Assembly (NCBI GenBank): GCA_963674705.1
Contig: OY771506.1
Coordinates: 480,001-544,000 of the forward strand
DNA from: Phycisphaeraceae bacterium
GTDB lineage: Bacteria; Planctomycetota; Phycisphaerae; Phycisphaerales; Phycisphaeraceae
Direction of reading: 5' to 3'
DNA: 64,000 bases
The notes under the pieces are model-generated. The model ran no database searches. It was given only the letters and a program-made list of their open reading frames with translations, and was not told the DNA's origin. The position numbers and the translations under genes are program-made. Below are positions 9,042 through 18,863 of this stretch, piece by piece (the first letter of the stretch is position 1; the number at the start of each line of letters is the position of its first letter).

Positions 9042-11846
9042 TCATCGACGACGAAGCAACGGCAATCCAACCGTCAAGCAGATCATGATCGTGGCGGGTT
9101 CGGGGATGGTGGCGTTGTTGTTCGAGGGGGTGCCGGCGTTCCAGTTGCTTAGGATGATATCCAGGTCGTCGAGACCGACGAAACCGTCGTTTGACGGATC
9201 GCCATCCGCCAGACTTCCGGGGGTGACGTTCTGGTTCCAATGGTTAAGGACGATGTCCAGATCGTCGAGGCCGACGAAGCCGTCACCGTTGAGGTCGCCG
9301 GCCAGTGCGTCGATGAATGTTGCACGCAAGACTTCCCCGTTACCACCAGCAACAACAGAAAGCTCCCACATGGCAAGGTCGTCGCCGTCGATAGTGGGTG
9401 TGCCGATGATCGATGCACCGGTCAGTAGATCGAATGTTTGATTCGCGGCGGGGAGATAGCCGTCGAGCAGGTCGAGGTCGATTGTTGCATCGGTAAGGTC
9501 CGCATCGGCGGCGACGTCGAGCAGACTTGCGCCGGTGTTATCGATGCCGAAGGCGAGAACTGCGCTGCCGTGCGTATCGAGATCCGCCAACACATCGAGG
9601 TCCGCGGTGGGTTCAAGACGCAAGGTGCTGTTGCTGATGCTAATCGAGTTGACCGCGTCGACCGCGGAGTCGACCGTGATCGTCCCGCCGGCATCGAGGA
9701 TTACATCGGCTGCGCCCGCGCCTTTATCGGTAAGTACGGTGATCGCAACGATCGCCCAGTCGACGCCGGTGTCGTCGTTGATGTTGACGCTGAGCTGACT
9801 GTCGTTGTTGAGGATGGGCAGGAGCGTGTCTGTGCCGAGGTCGATCATGCCGACGAAAGTGTCGGTCGTGTTGACTTGCGTGTCCCAACCCATCGCGGCG
9901 TAACTCATCTGCCCCGCGCCGTCGATCTTGACGAAGTCGGTATCGACCAGGCCTCCGGTACCCTTCAGCGCCATAGCCATCCAGCCGTGCACGACGACAT
10001 CGCCCGGATCGAGCACGAACTGCTGGGTGAACGCGACGTTCTGGTTGCCTGCCAGATCATCGAAGCCGGTGATGGGGTTGGCGCTACTGCCGAGGATCTC
10101 AGCTTCAAAGTCAGGATCGACATAGGTGTTGTCCACGCTGGAGGAGCCATCGTTTACATAATCATCAATGTCGCCAACAAGGTATTCACGCACTTCAACG
10201 GATCGCGCGAGCGGGGTAGCGCGTTCGTACCAGCCTTGGGTGTCCTGCCAATTACCATCACCGCCCGACCAGTGGTATGTGTTAACATCATCGCTGTCGG
10301 CGACCTGCGATTCGTAGAGGCTTGGGATGTCTTCGATCGCGGTGCCGTGCGAGTCGTAGTAGCCGGAGGGTTGCGGGCCGAACTCGGTATCTTCGACGAT
10401 CGTGCCGGTGGAGCCGATGAGCCAGTTTTGTGCGGTCGGGGGGTTCTGCACGATGAAAGAATCTGCTTGCGAGTTCCAGATGACCATGTTCGCGCCTGAC
10501 CAGCCGTGACGTGTGCCGAGTGTCTCCCGGTTGCGGACGTTAATGCCATCCGTTCCCTGATAGCTGATATTGTCGAAGAGCGTGCCGGTCGCCCAGCGCT
10601 GATGCGGTCCAGAGTCTGAGTTTGAGTTGGTCGCGGTGCAGTCGTAGAAGACGTTTGGTCCTGCGGGACGTGTGCTGTTGTTGACGAAGTCATGTCGACC
10701 GCTGTCGGCGGAGCAGTTGGTGACATAGCCGTAGGAACCGGAGAGGTCGTAGGTGTAGCGTCTGCCGCCGGTGATAATGCTGATGGGGCTGTAGCTGATG
10801 GCGTTGTCGACGGTGACGTACTTGGAGCTTGGGTTGGCGACGACGGTGGAGTCACCGAAGTGGACGGCTGCGATATCACGGACCCACACATTCATCGCGC
10901 GATCTGCTGTGAGTGAGGTTCCGCCGATGAAGATGAATTCCCAGGCGTGGTCCTCATCGGTCGGGCTGTCGTAGTCGCTGTCGCCGCGAAGGTTTTCGAT
11001 GCCGACGTTTTCGACGACGCCGCTCCATGTGTACTTCTTGACGGTGCCGCCGCCGTATTGCTGTTCGAAACTGTTGGCCAGCGGGGCATCGATGAAGATG
11101 CGGTCGCCTTCGATGCGTGTGATGGTGCGTTCGTAGCGGAGGTTCATCGTGTTGGGCACCCAGGCCGGGTCTTCGCCGATCGGATCGCCCATGCCGATGT
11201 CATCAATCCATTCCTGCGTGCTGGGTCGTTCGATACGGATGGTGTCGCCGACGCTGAATGCACTTGCGCTGTTGATTCGGAAGCTGGTCGCTCCGACGGG
11301 GACGGTCTTGTCGATCATGTTGTAGGTCGAGCCAATGAGCGACTGGCTGCCGTTGCCTTCGATGCGGATCAGCGGGCGTTGGTTCATGCCTTCCGCACCG
11401 ACGGTGCGGCCGTGCAGGATCGTGCCGGAGCCTTCGCGCCCTTCGCCGCGCAGGACGATGCCGCTGGCGTTGATGTTGAGTTGTGAATAGATGTCGTACG
11501 TGCCGGCCTGCAGGAGGATCGCGCCGCGGTAGCCATCGGCGCCGATGGGCATGGCGGCGAGGGTGTTGATGGCGTTCTGAATCTGCGTGGTGTCGTCGCC
11601 GGCGACGGGTGAGAGTACGATGACGTTCTGGATGTTGTTCGGGATGGCGGCCGAGCCCTGGCCCATGTAACCGGCACCGGTGAAGTCCATGACGCGGTCG
11701 CCCTGCGCGTCGGGCGTGTAGATCAGCCGGCCGGTTTCGCCGCGCTGGACCCACTGGCTTGTCTGCGCATGAACGGACAGCGGCGCAAGGCTTGTGCAAG
11801 CAGCCAAAGCGACAGCAACGATCCCGAAACGGGCGACCTTATCCAT
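9042..11846 (-). CDS. Secreted right-handed beta-helix (pectate-lyase-3-like) protein with dockerin-like cassette and PEP-CTERM
   Basis: Signal peptide after a GGAGG RBS; DFTGAGY, GDDTTQIQNAI, GAILLQAGTY, SGIVLRGEG and HQRWATGTLFDN; C-terminal IPEPAT...RRR. Confidence 0.8.
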   Translation of the reverse strand: MDKVARFGIVAVALAACTSLAPLSVHAQTSQWVQRGETGRLIYTPDAQGDRVMDFTGAGYMGQGSAAIPNNIQNVIVLSPVAGDDTTQIQNAINTLAAMPIGADGYRGAILLQAGTYDIYSQLNINASGIVLRGEGREGSGTILHGRTVGAEGMNQRPLIRIEGNGSQSLIGSTYNMIDKTVPVGATSFRINSASAFSVGDTIRIERPSTQEWIDDIGMGDPIGEDPAWVPNTMNLRYERTITRIEGDRIFIDAPLANSFEQQYGGGTVKKYTWSGVVENVGIENLRGDSDYDSPTDEDHAWEFIFIGGTSLTADRAMNVWVRDIAAVHFGDSTVVANPSSKYVTVDNAISYSPISIITGGRRYTYDLSGSYGYVTNCSADSGRHDFVNNSTRPAGPNVFYDCTATNSNSDSGPHQRWATGTLFDNISYQGTDGINVRNRETLGTRHGWSGANMVIWNSQADSFIVQNPPTAQNWLIGSTGTIVEDTEFGPQPSGYYDSHGTAIEDIPSLYESQVADSDDVNTYHWSGGDGNWQDTQGWYERATPLARSVEVREYLVGDIDDYVNDGSSSVDNTYVDPDFEAEILGSSANPITGFDDLAGNQNVAFTQQFVLDPGDVVVHGWMAMALKGTGGLVDTDFVKIDGAGQMSYAAMGWDTQVNTTDTFVGMIDLGTDTLLPILNNDSQLSVNINDDTGVDWAIVAITVLTDKGAGAADVILDAGGTITVDSAVDAVNSISISNSTLRLEPTADLDVLADLDTHGSAVLAFGIDNTGASLLDVAADADLTDATIDLDLLDGYLPAANQTFDLLTGASIIGTPTIDGDDLAMWELSVVAGGNGEVLRATFIDALAGDLNGDGFVGLDDLDIVLNHWNQNVTPGSLADGDPSNDGFVGLDDLDIILSNWNAGTPSNNNATIPEPATIMICLTVGLPLLRRR

Positions 11847-11871
11847 CTTCTCCTCCTTAGCAGGTCCGGGC

Positions 11872-13698
11872 CTACTTCTGCGCGTCTTGAGACAATTCTC
11901 CCATAAGAACCCGATCCGGCAAGGGTTTTTTATCATCTTTCGCGATTTGCTTGCCCGGATTTCGCATTCCCACCCATGCCATCAAAATACCGATCCCCGC
12001 TACAAATCCACCAACCGCGAGGATACACAACCGGCCCGAGGCGGGGTTAGGCAGCACCACCAGCGTGCCGATGAAGAAGCCGACGACGATGGCGAAGCCG
12101 CCGATGATCTTGAGCTGGCTGGCGTCGTTTGCCTGGCCGACTTCCTTCTCAAAATCGACCGGCGTGTGCATGGTGGTAAAGAAGTGGTCCACCTGCGCGC
12201 GATACTGCACAGTCGCGGTCTTCCAGAACGGCATGGTCAGCAGGAACGAACCGATACCCACGGTACAGCCATAAGCGATCTTCTCCTGGTAAGACCAGAC
12301 GCCACCGACATCGAAAAACGCCAATAAGGACGGGATGAGCGTAGCCCCCACTGCAAAGATGGCGGACCACCACGGCGCGCGTTTGATGAATAGCGCCAGG
12401 ATCATCGGTATGGCCATGGGCATGGCAAGCAGCGCGCCGATATCGAGCATCCATTCAAAGATGCCTTTGCCGTTCGACGCGGCGAAGTACAGGGACAGAC
12501 CTATGATCAAAACCCCGAAGATGAGCGAAAACACCTGGCCGAGGATAAAGAGTTTGCGTTCGTCTTCGGATGGTTTGATACCGATGAGGTTACAAAGCGG
12601 TGGGTATGCGTCGCGGATGAATATCGCGGCGTTGCGATTGAGGCCCGAGTCCATACTGCTCATCGTCGCGGCGAACATGGCGACAACCATCAGGCCCGTC
12701 ATGCCGGTCGGCAACAGGTTAATCGCGGCCACGGCGTAGGCGGATTCGGCCGGCTTGGGCAGGCTGGTGTTGGCCATGACAACGTCGGGGTAAAGCAGGC
12801 GAGCCGTCATGGGTGGGATGAACCAGACAGACATGCCAACGACCATCAAGACACAACCGAGTAGCGCCGCTTTGCGTGCGCTCCAGCCATCTTTCACGCC
12901 GAAGTACTTCTGCGACTCGGTCATCGTGATATAGCAGATTGATTTGTAGACAAGCGTGGCGATGCCAAAGGCAACCGTGTAGTCGCGGGCCGTGGCGAAA
13001 CGTCCGGGCTTATTGAATAGCGCGAAGTCCTCGGTGAGGCCGTGGCTGTGGACGCTCTCAAAGAAGCTGCCGACACCGCCGAAGTGCAGGATGCACAGTA
13101 TCGCGAGCGCGAACGTCAAGGGCATGAGGATGAGGCTCTGCAGGAAGTCCGTCGCCATCACGGCCCACGAACCGCCGGACACGGAGTAGATCAGTACCAC
13201 CAGGCCCAGCACGACGATCACTGCCTGCAGGTTGAAGCCGAACACGACGGCCGCAAAGATCGCGGCACCGTTCAGCCATAAACCCGCCTGCAGCAGATTC
13301 ACCATCATGTTCATCCAGGCGTAGAACTGCTGTGTCGATTTGCCGAAGCGCATTTTGATGACTTCGGGCGCGGTGATGCATCTAAGCTGGCGGAACCACG
13401 GCGCGAAGAAGATGGCGGTGAGCAGGAAGCCCAGGGCATTGCCGATGAAGATGATCATCACCGACCAGCCGGCCTCGAACGCGGCGCCGGCAGAGGCGGT
13501 AAAAGTAAAGGCGCTGAACGCCGTCATAAATGCGCTGGAGCCGACCAGCCACCACGTGCCTTTACAGCCGTTGCGGAAGTAGTCGCTGACGTTTGAGTTG
13601 AACTTGCGGAAGACGAACCCGACCGATACGAGGATCAGCAGGTACGCCCCGATCACGATGTACTCGATGGTCCGCTGGTCGATGGCGCTATCCGGCAT
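11872..13698 (-). CDS. Sodium:solute symporter (SSS) family transporter
   Basis: Many TM helices; DYFRNG, WWLVGSSAFM, GGSWAVMATDFLQ and AATMSSMDSGLN motifs. Confidence 0.9.
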   Translation of the reverse strand: MPDSAIDQRTIEYIVIGAYLLILVSVGFVFRKFNSNVSDYFRNGCKGTWWLVGSSAFMTAFSAFTFTASAGAAFEAGWSVMIIFIGNALGFLLTAIFFAPWFRQLRCITAPEVIKMRFGKSTQQFYAWMNMMVNLLQAGLWLNGAAIFAAVVFGFNLQAVIVVLGLVVLIYSVSGGSWAVMATDFLQSLILMPLTFALAILCILHFGGVGSFFESVHSHGLTEDFALFNKPGRFATARDYTVAFGIATLVYKSICYITMTESQKYFGVKDGWSARKAALLGCVLMVVGMSVWFIPPMTARLLYPDVVMANTSLPKPAESAYAVAAINLLPTGMTGLMVVAMFAATMSSMDSGLNRNAAIFIRDAYPPLCNLIGIKPSEDERKLFILGQVFSLIFGVLIIGLSLYFAASNGKGIFEWMLDIGALLAMPMAIPMILALFIKRAPWWSAIFAVGATLIPSLLAFFDVGGVWSYQEKIAYGCTVGIGSFLLTMPFWKTATVQYRAQVDHFFTTMHTPVDFEKEVGQANDASQLKIIGGFAIVVGFFIGTLVVLPNPASGRLCILAVGGFVAGIGILMAWVGMRNPGKQIAKDDKKPLPDRVLMGELSQDAQK

Positions 13699-13753
13699 GA
13701 GAACGGTCCTGTCGCTTTATCAATACTACTGGCTTAACTTCAGGCCGTACCGA

Positions 13754-14617
13754 TCAATCCATCGAGTCGTCGTAGACCAACTCACGGCTGCCATCCGGAT
13801 CGCGCATGGCAATTGCAGATTCTTCTTTATCTGAACCCGCAACATGACCATCGATAAACAGCACGTTCATTTTGTCGCCCTGGTGGCGTTGCGGATCACC
13901 GGTGTTCCAAGGCGAAAGGCCGTCCGCGCCAACCGGCTTGGATGTATTTCTGATCCAGCCAATACCGTTTGAGCCGATCCTTCTTGGACTTAGATGCCAC
14001 TCATTGCTGTCGGCACAAAGCCCACGTTGCGATGCACCGGGCGAATCGTTGTAGCGGTACCATTCGGTATATGGCGACGGGCTGTCGCTTACGTACCGTT
14101 CCGGGAAGTATTGCGGATCATCGTTGCCGGGGATATTCGGGTCTTCCCGGCCGATCAGGTAGCGGTTCATTCCGAAACCATACTTATCGCTGGTGACACC
14201 TTCGGTCTTCACATCAAGATAATCAGGGCAAGTAAATGTCTCATTGAAGAATTCACTGCGCTGATTCGTACTCGATCGTTTATCATCCACCATGATGTTT
14301 GCCAAAATCTCAAACCACATGATGTTGCTGGTTTGATAAGAGCCGCCCGGTATATTCAGCTTCTTGGCAAGCCCGACGTTCCATGAGTTGTCTTTGCGTC
14401 GGATCGTTTGTGCAAGGGGCACGATATAGTCATCACCTTCGGTTCCATAGGACACATGCGCGACGCCGACTTGTCGCATGTTGCTGGCGCAGGCAATACG
14501 TCTGGCTGCGGACCGGGCGGCGCCCAATGCCGGCAGGAGGATGCCGACCAGCAGCGCGATGATCGAGATAACCACGAGTAGTTCGATCAGGGTGAAGCCC
14601 TTATGTTTGACGGACAT
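13754..14617 (-). CDS. Prepilin-type N-terminal cleavage/methylation protein with H-X9-DG-type C-terminus (DUF1559-like)
   Basis: [29 protein letters not shown]...C.SNMRQ; C-terminal [15 protein letters not shown]. Confidence 0.92.
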   Translation of the reverse strand: MSVKHKGFTLIELLVVISIIALLVGILLPALGAARSAARRIACASNMRQVGVAHVSYGTEGDDYIVPLAQTIRRKDNSWNVGLAKKLNIPGGSYQTSNIMWFEILANIMVDDKRSSTNQRSEFFNETFTCPDYLDVKTEGVTSDKYGFGMNRYLIGREDPNIPGNDDPQYFPERYVSDSPSPYTEWYRYNDSPGASQRGLCADSNEWHLSPRRIGSNGIGWIRNTSKPVGADGLSPWNTGDPQRHQGDKMNVLFIDGHVAGSDKEESAIAMRDPDGSRELVYDDSMD

Positions 14618-14684
14618 GGCGAGTCTCCAAGTTGCGGTGTAACCGTAGTAGTCGTTGTGTTGTCGCCGAAAGTTCGACGTTTTT

Positions 14685-14717
14685 AAAGCGGCCGCTCACA
14701 ATCAAGCGGGCGACCGC
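14685..14717 (-). terminator. Stem-loop or weak terminator after a PEP-CTERM gene
   Basis: Minus strand GCGGTCGCCC...GAGCGGCCGC followed by TTT. Confidence 0.45.
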
Positions 14718-14733
14718 GGAGGATCGAGACAGA

Positions 14734-16182
14734 TCAGCGTTTACGTCGGAGGGATGCGAGGGTACCGAAGCCGATCAGCGCCAGTGATGCCGGCTCGGGG
14801 ACGGCTGCCGCAGGCGGTGTGCCGGCGTTCCAGTTGTTGAGCACGATGTCCAGGTCATCCAGGCCGACGAAGCCGTCGCCGGAAGGATCGGCCGCTTCAT
14901 TGGCAGGCGGCACGCTCTGGTTCCACGCGCTGAGGATGATGTCCAGGTCGTCCAGACCGACGAAGCCGTCACCGTTCAGGTCGCCGGGGATAGCGACCGA
15001 GGCTTCAAAGACTTCAACCATAAAGTTGTCGATGATCAGGTCGTAGTCGTCCTCGCCGTAGGTGGAGGAGCTGGAGTTACGGATGGCAAAGTAATCCCAG
15101 TTATCGCTCTGGATGCCGCCGGAGCCGGGGATGCTGCCATCGTTAAGCGATTCCTCACCGCCGAATGAGTAGGTTAAGCCGTCGGTGAGGTTTACCACGG
15201 TGTAGGTAGCATAGATGCTGTCGGCAGTGCGTTCGAGTGTCAGTGAAAGGTTGTAGACCTTGTCGAAGTTCAGCGCGGTGAAGTTGGGGTTTTCTGAATC
15301 GGGGGAAGTGACAAAGTCATTATCAGAGCCGCCCAGGAATGCGGCCGTCGGGCCGTTCACTTCCTCGTAGATGCGTGGTCCACCATCGGTACTCTCCCCA
15401 CCGTCCTGGGGAACGTCGGCGAAGGCCTTGATGCGAGTGAACCAACCGGCATCACCGTTGGCGCCTGCGCCGCCGATGTCGCCCTGGAACTGACCGTCAT
15501 CCTCACCCCATACCGCTGCGGTAGGAATGCCGGTGTTCAGATCAGGCGCCCCGGCAAAGGGATTCGTCTGCCCGAGCTGATTGTCAGTGTCTTGATAGAT
15601 ACCCCATCGCAGGTCAGCCTTCTGATCAGACGGTGTGCTATCGGTGTTGAGGTTGGGCGAACCGAGCCAGAACCGCATATCGAAACTGACCTTGACCTGA
15701 TCGCCGACGTTGGGCCCCAGCGCCACATTCTGGCCGAAGAAACCAACCGTTGAGGCGCCGCGTCCCTTGGAGTTCAGGGACAGGGCCAGGCCGGAGTCGA
15801 TTGCGACCGCGTCGGGCATCGCGCCGGCAGAATCGTCGACAATTCGAGTGTGGAATTTGGCATCGTATTCACCGCTGGTCGTGCCGGGGCTGCTGGTCCA
15901 GCCACGGGTGCCGACCCAGACCAGGCCGGTATCCAGCGCGTCTTCCGCCGCGGTGACTTCGGTCACCAGGGAGCCGGGGAAGTACGGCGATTCGTAGGTA
16001 TCGATCGTGCCGTTGGCACTGGCATCGGTATCGTACTTATCGATCACACCATCGTTGTTGCGGTCGGCGTCGCCGAAGCCGTCGGAGACGACGACGGTGG
16101 CGAATGCCGGAGCTGCGGCGATCGTCAGGGCCAGCGATGCGCCTGCGATCCCAAGGTTTATCTGCTGCTTGCGTTTCATCAT
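14734..16182 (-). CDS. PEP-CTERM surface protein with an uncharacterised domain and dockerin-like cassette
   Basis: Signal peptide (APAFA); VPEPASLALIGFGTLASLRRKR; paralogous to 16291-17469. Confidence 0.85.
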   Translation of the reverse strand: MMKRKQQINLGIAGASLALTIAAAPAFATVVVSDGFGDADRNNDGVIDKYDTDASANGTIDTYESPYFPGSLVTEVTAAEDALDTGLVWVGTRGWTSSPGTTSGEYDAKFHTRIVDDSAGAMPDAVAIDSGLALSLNSKGRGASTVGFFGQNVALGPNVGDQVKVSFDMRFWLGSPNLNTDSTPSDQKADLRWGIYQDTDNQLGQTNPFAGAPDLNTGIPTAAVWGEDDGQFQGDIGGAGANGDAGWFTRIKAFADVPQDGGESTDGGPRIYEEVNGPTAAFLGGSDNDFVTSPDSENPNFTALNFDKVYNLSLTLERTADSIYATYTVVNLTDGLTYSFGGEESLNDGSIPGSGGIQSDNWDYFAIRNSSSSTYGEDDYDLIIDNFMVEVFEASVAIPGDLNGDGFVGLDDLDIILSAWNQSVPPANEAADPSGDGFVGLDDLDIVLNNWNAGTPPAAAVPEPASLALIGFGTLASLRRKR

Positions 16183-16290
16183 TGATCCTCCAACATCTCC
16201 AAGTAATTGCGTGTATTTAAGACACGTTTCGTTTCACAATGGCCGGCCGGGTGCATTCGACCGGGCCGGCCGGATTAAAGTTATGCCGTA

Positions 16291-17469
16291 TCAACGACGG
16301 CGGGATAGCATCACCAAACCACCCAGACCCAACAGGGCCAGACTCACCGGCTCGGGAACCGGAACCGATTCGACCGACACGTTGTCAATGATGTAGTCAT
16401 AGTCGCCGACCGAGTTGCGGAAGGCGATGTAGTTGAATGACTCGGGTGCCGGCAGCATGAACGCCGCGCCCGTCAGGCTGGCTGTAATGTCATCCTCCAG
16501 ACCCAACACACCATCCACATAGGAGCGGATAATCAGGCCGTCCACACCGCGCTCGATCTCCATCATGAGCGTATGTGGCGCGACGGGGATCTGATTGGTC
16601 GGATCGCTGGTCAGGTCGCCACCGATCTTCAAACCCGGACCGTCGGATGTTGGCGAGGCCACGGTTGCGACGTCACCGCCAGCACCCGGATCATTGCTGG
16701 TGCCGCTGCCCTCGAAGAACCGGCCGTTGTTGCTCGTGCCATTGATGCCGGCCAGGTTGTATTCGTAGTTGATACGCCCCGATGTCTCATCCGCAAGAGC
16801 GCCGATCTCAACACGCGACCAGAGACCCTTGTCGCCTTCAGCGCCGACGGGCGCATCAAACCAGTCGCCGTCGTTCTCGCCGGTGTCCGGCCCCCAAACG
16901 ATCGATGCCTGGCCCGAGCCGGAGTCGAGGCCTTCGTTAGCACTCATGCCGAACTCGTTATCGGTGTCCTGGAACAGGCCCCAGCGCAGCTCGCCGTTAG
17001 CGGGCGGCGGGGTTGGGTTGGTGGAATCGGTCCAGATGCGGAAGCTCAGTGAGACAACGACCTTGTCACCAAGGTTCGCCCCCAACTCGACCGGGGCACT
17101 GAAGAATCCGGCAAACGAACTGCCGGTGCCTTTGGATTCGACGCCCAGTGCGTAGCCGGTGCCCAGGCCGGCCGAGTCATCAATGATCTTGATGTTGGCT
17201 TTGGGGTCGCCGGTATTACTGCTGGTGAATCCGCGTGTGGCGGCCCAGATGATGCCGGTGTCTGCTGCATTCTCCGGCGAGGTGATCTCGATGCCGTCGA
17301 GCACATCATCCAGATTGGCGTCCGTGTCATAAATGGTGATCGCACCGTTGTTGTTACGATCGCCGTCGCCGAATCCATCCGTGATCGCGTACGACGACGA
17401 AGTGGCGAACGCTACGACTAGCGCTGCACCGGTTGGCAAGATGTACTTTGCTCCGTTTTTCATGATCAT
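16291..17469 (-). CDS. PEP-CTERM surface protein with an uncharacterised domain
   Basis: GGAGG RBS and signal peptide (SSYA); VPEPVSLALLGLGGLVMLSRRR; shares DGFGD.DRNN, DTG..W..TRG.TSS and LRWG..QDTDN blocks with 14734-16182. Confidence 0.85.
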   Translation of the reverse strand: MIMKNGAKYILPTGAALVVAFATSSSYAITDGFGDGDRNNNGAITIYDTDANLDDVLDGIEITSPENAADTGIIWAATRGFTSSNTGDPKANIKIIDDSAGLGTGYALGVESKGTGSSFAGFFSAPVELGANLGDKVVVSLSFRIWTDSTNPTPPPANGELRWGLFQDTDNEFGMSANEGLDSGSGQASIVWGPDTGENDGDWFDAPVGAEGDKGLWSRVEIGALADETSGRINYEYNLAGINGTSNNGRFFEGSGTSNDPGAGGDVATVASPTSDGPGLKIGGDLTSDPTNQIPVAPHTLMMEIERGVDGLIIRSYVDGVLGLEDDITASLTGAAFMLPAPESFNYIAFRNSVGDYDYIIDNVSVESVPVPEPVSLALLGLGGLVMLSRRR

Positions 17470-17556
17470 TTTCTCTTTCCTCCAATTGGTTTCGTGAATC
17501 GATCCTCCATCCGACATAAAAACCGTTCGACTCATCCCTGGCCTACAGAACGGCCA

Positions 17557-18594
17557 CTAAAATGACATTGACACATTCACCGCATCCCCGGGCACGAGCT
17601 TTGGCTCGACCGACGAGACGACGGTCACCGGGTCGTGCGGCTTGCGCACCCGTTGGATCAGGTGCTCGACGGCCTGACGGCCGATGACGTCCGGCCGCAG
17701 GTCGATGGTCGCCGGCTTGGGGTCCAGGCCGGCGAGTAAGGGTTCGTTGTTACAGGAAATCACTTCCACGTCCCGGCCCGGCTCGATGCCCTGGGCACGC
17801 AGCTCGTGGTAAACCATCACGGTCAGCGGATCACGCGGGACGAACAAGCCGGTCGGCAACTGCGGCATGTTTTTCATCTGCGTGACGAGTTGCTTGACCG
17901 CCTGCTCTTCAAAGTCGGCGACAAACGGTGTGGACTGATCTACTCGGCCGTCGACGATGACATGCGCCTCTGCACCGCCGGCTTTCGCTGCTTCGCTAAA
18001 GGCGCGGGTTCGTGCTTCGTAGCCGAGGTGATCGGGTGAAAGATTTAACAGCCCCAGATGCTTGTGGCCTCGCGATATGAGGTATTCGGCCGCCATCTTG
18101 CCGATCGCTTCGTTGTCCGGCTCAATGCGGTCGCCCCAGTAGCCGCGTGCGCTGCGTGGGCTGAGCAGCCAGACACAGGGGAACTTCGCGAGGCGTGACT
18201 GGTGCTTGCGAGGTGGCGGGAAGCCGTAGAGTAAAAGGCCATCGACCCGGCCATTGGCGACGTTGGGCGGCAGCCTGCCGGAGTCATTGAGTTTGCCGAG
18301 GATCAGGTTGAAGCCGTGATCGGCCAGCGCATCTTCCACGGCATGCAGCACGGCTCCGGCGACCGGTGCCATCATCAGCGTCAGATCGGCGCCAATCATC
18401 AAGAGTGCAACGTTGCCGACGCGCGTATGACCGTTTGCATGGCGTCCTCGGCCGGATGGTGTGTACCCGATGTTCTGCATGGCTTGACGCACCAACTTGA
18501 CGCATTCGGGGGATACACCGGGCCGGTTATTGATGACCCGAGAGACGGTGGCGTGAGATACGCCGGCGAGTTTGGCAACCTCTACGATTGACAT
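17557..18594 (-). CDS. LacI-family transcriptional regulator (paralog of 3538-4590)
   Basis: SIVEVAKLAGVSHATVSRVIN HTH; shares GYWGDR and PTGLFVPRDPL motifs with the first LacI. Confidence 0.93.
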   Translation of the reverse strand: MSIVEVAKLAGVSHATVSRVINNRPGVSPECVKLVRQAMQNIGYTPSGRGRHANGHTRVGNVALLMIGADLTLMMAPVAGAVLHAVEDALADHGFNLILGKLNDSGRLPPNVANGRVDGLLLYGFPPPRKHQSRLAKFPCVWLLSPRSARGYWGDRIEPDNEAIGKMAAEYLISRGHKHLGLLNLSPDHLGYEARTRAFSEAAKAGGAEAHVIVDGRVDQSTPFVADFEEQAVKQLVTQMKNMPQLPTGLFVPRDPLTVMVYHELRAQGIEPGRDVEVISCNNEPLLAGLDPKPATIDLRPDVIGRQAVEHLIQRVRKPHDPVTVVSSVEPKLVPGDAVNVSMSF

Positions 18595-18863
18595 GGCACA
18601 CACATTAATACCACGGCGCAGCCGAATATACAAGGGAAATTTTCAGAGAAATACAAATTGATCTTAATGTACAATCAATTATTAAATAAAGAGTTACGTA
18701 TTGTACATGAAAATTCACCGCTAATTTTCTTGAAATTTAATTGTTATATGAACAGCCGATCGGTATGCTGAAAGGCGTCGAAGGGGCCACTTGAAAGCGT
18801 GTGGCAGATTGATCGAAAATCCCACTTGGAGCCCTGCTCAGGGCCAGTCACAAGGAGCGAAAC
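18595..18863. promoter_or_regulatory. AT-rich divergent promoter region (lacI / lyase)
   Basis: AT-rich gap between divergent genes; TTTCTTGAA..TTAAT block shared with 4591-4835. Confidence 0.6.

Noticed and set aside
9438..10499. 353-aa plus-strand ORF, and similar long ORFs at 36122-37204, 46814-47728 and 57085-58263
   Set aside because: Antisense shadows of well-supported genes, as expected in high-GC DNA
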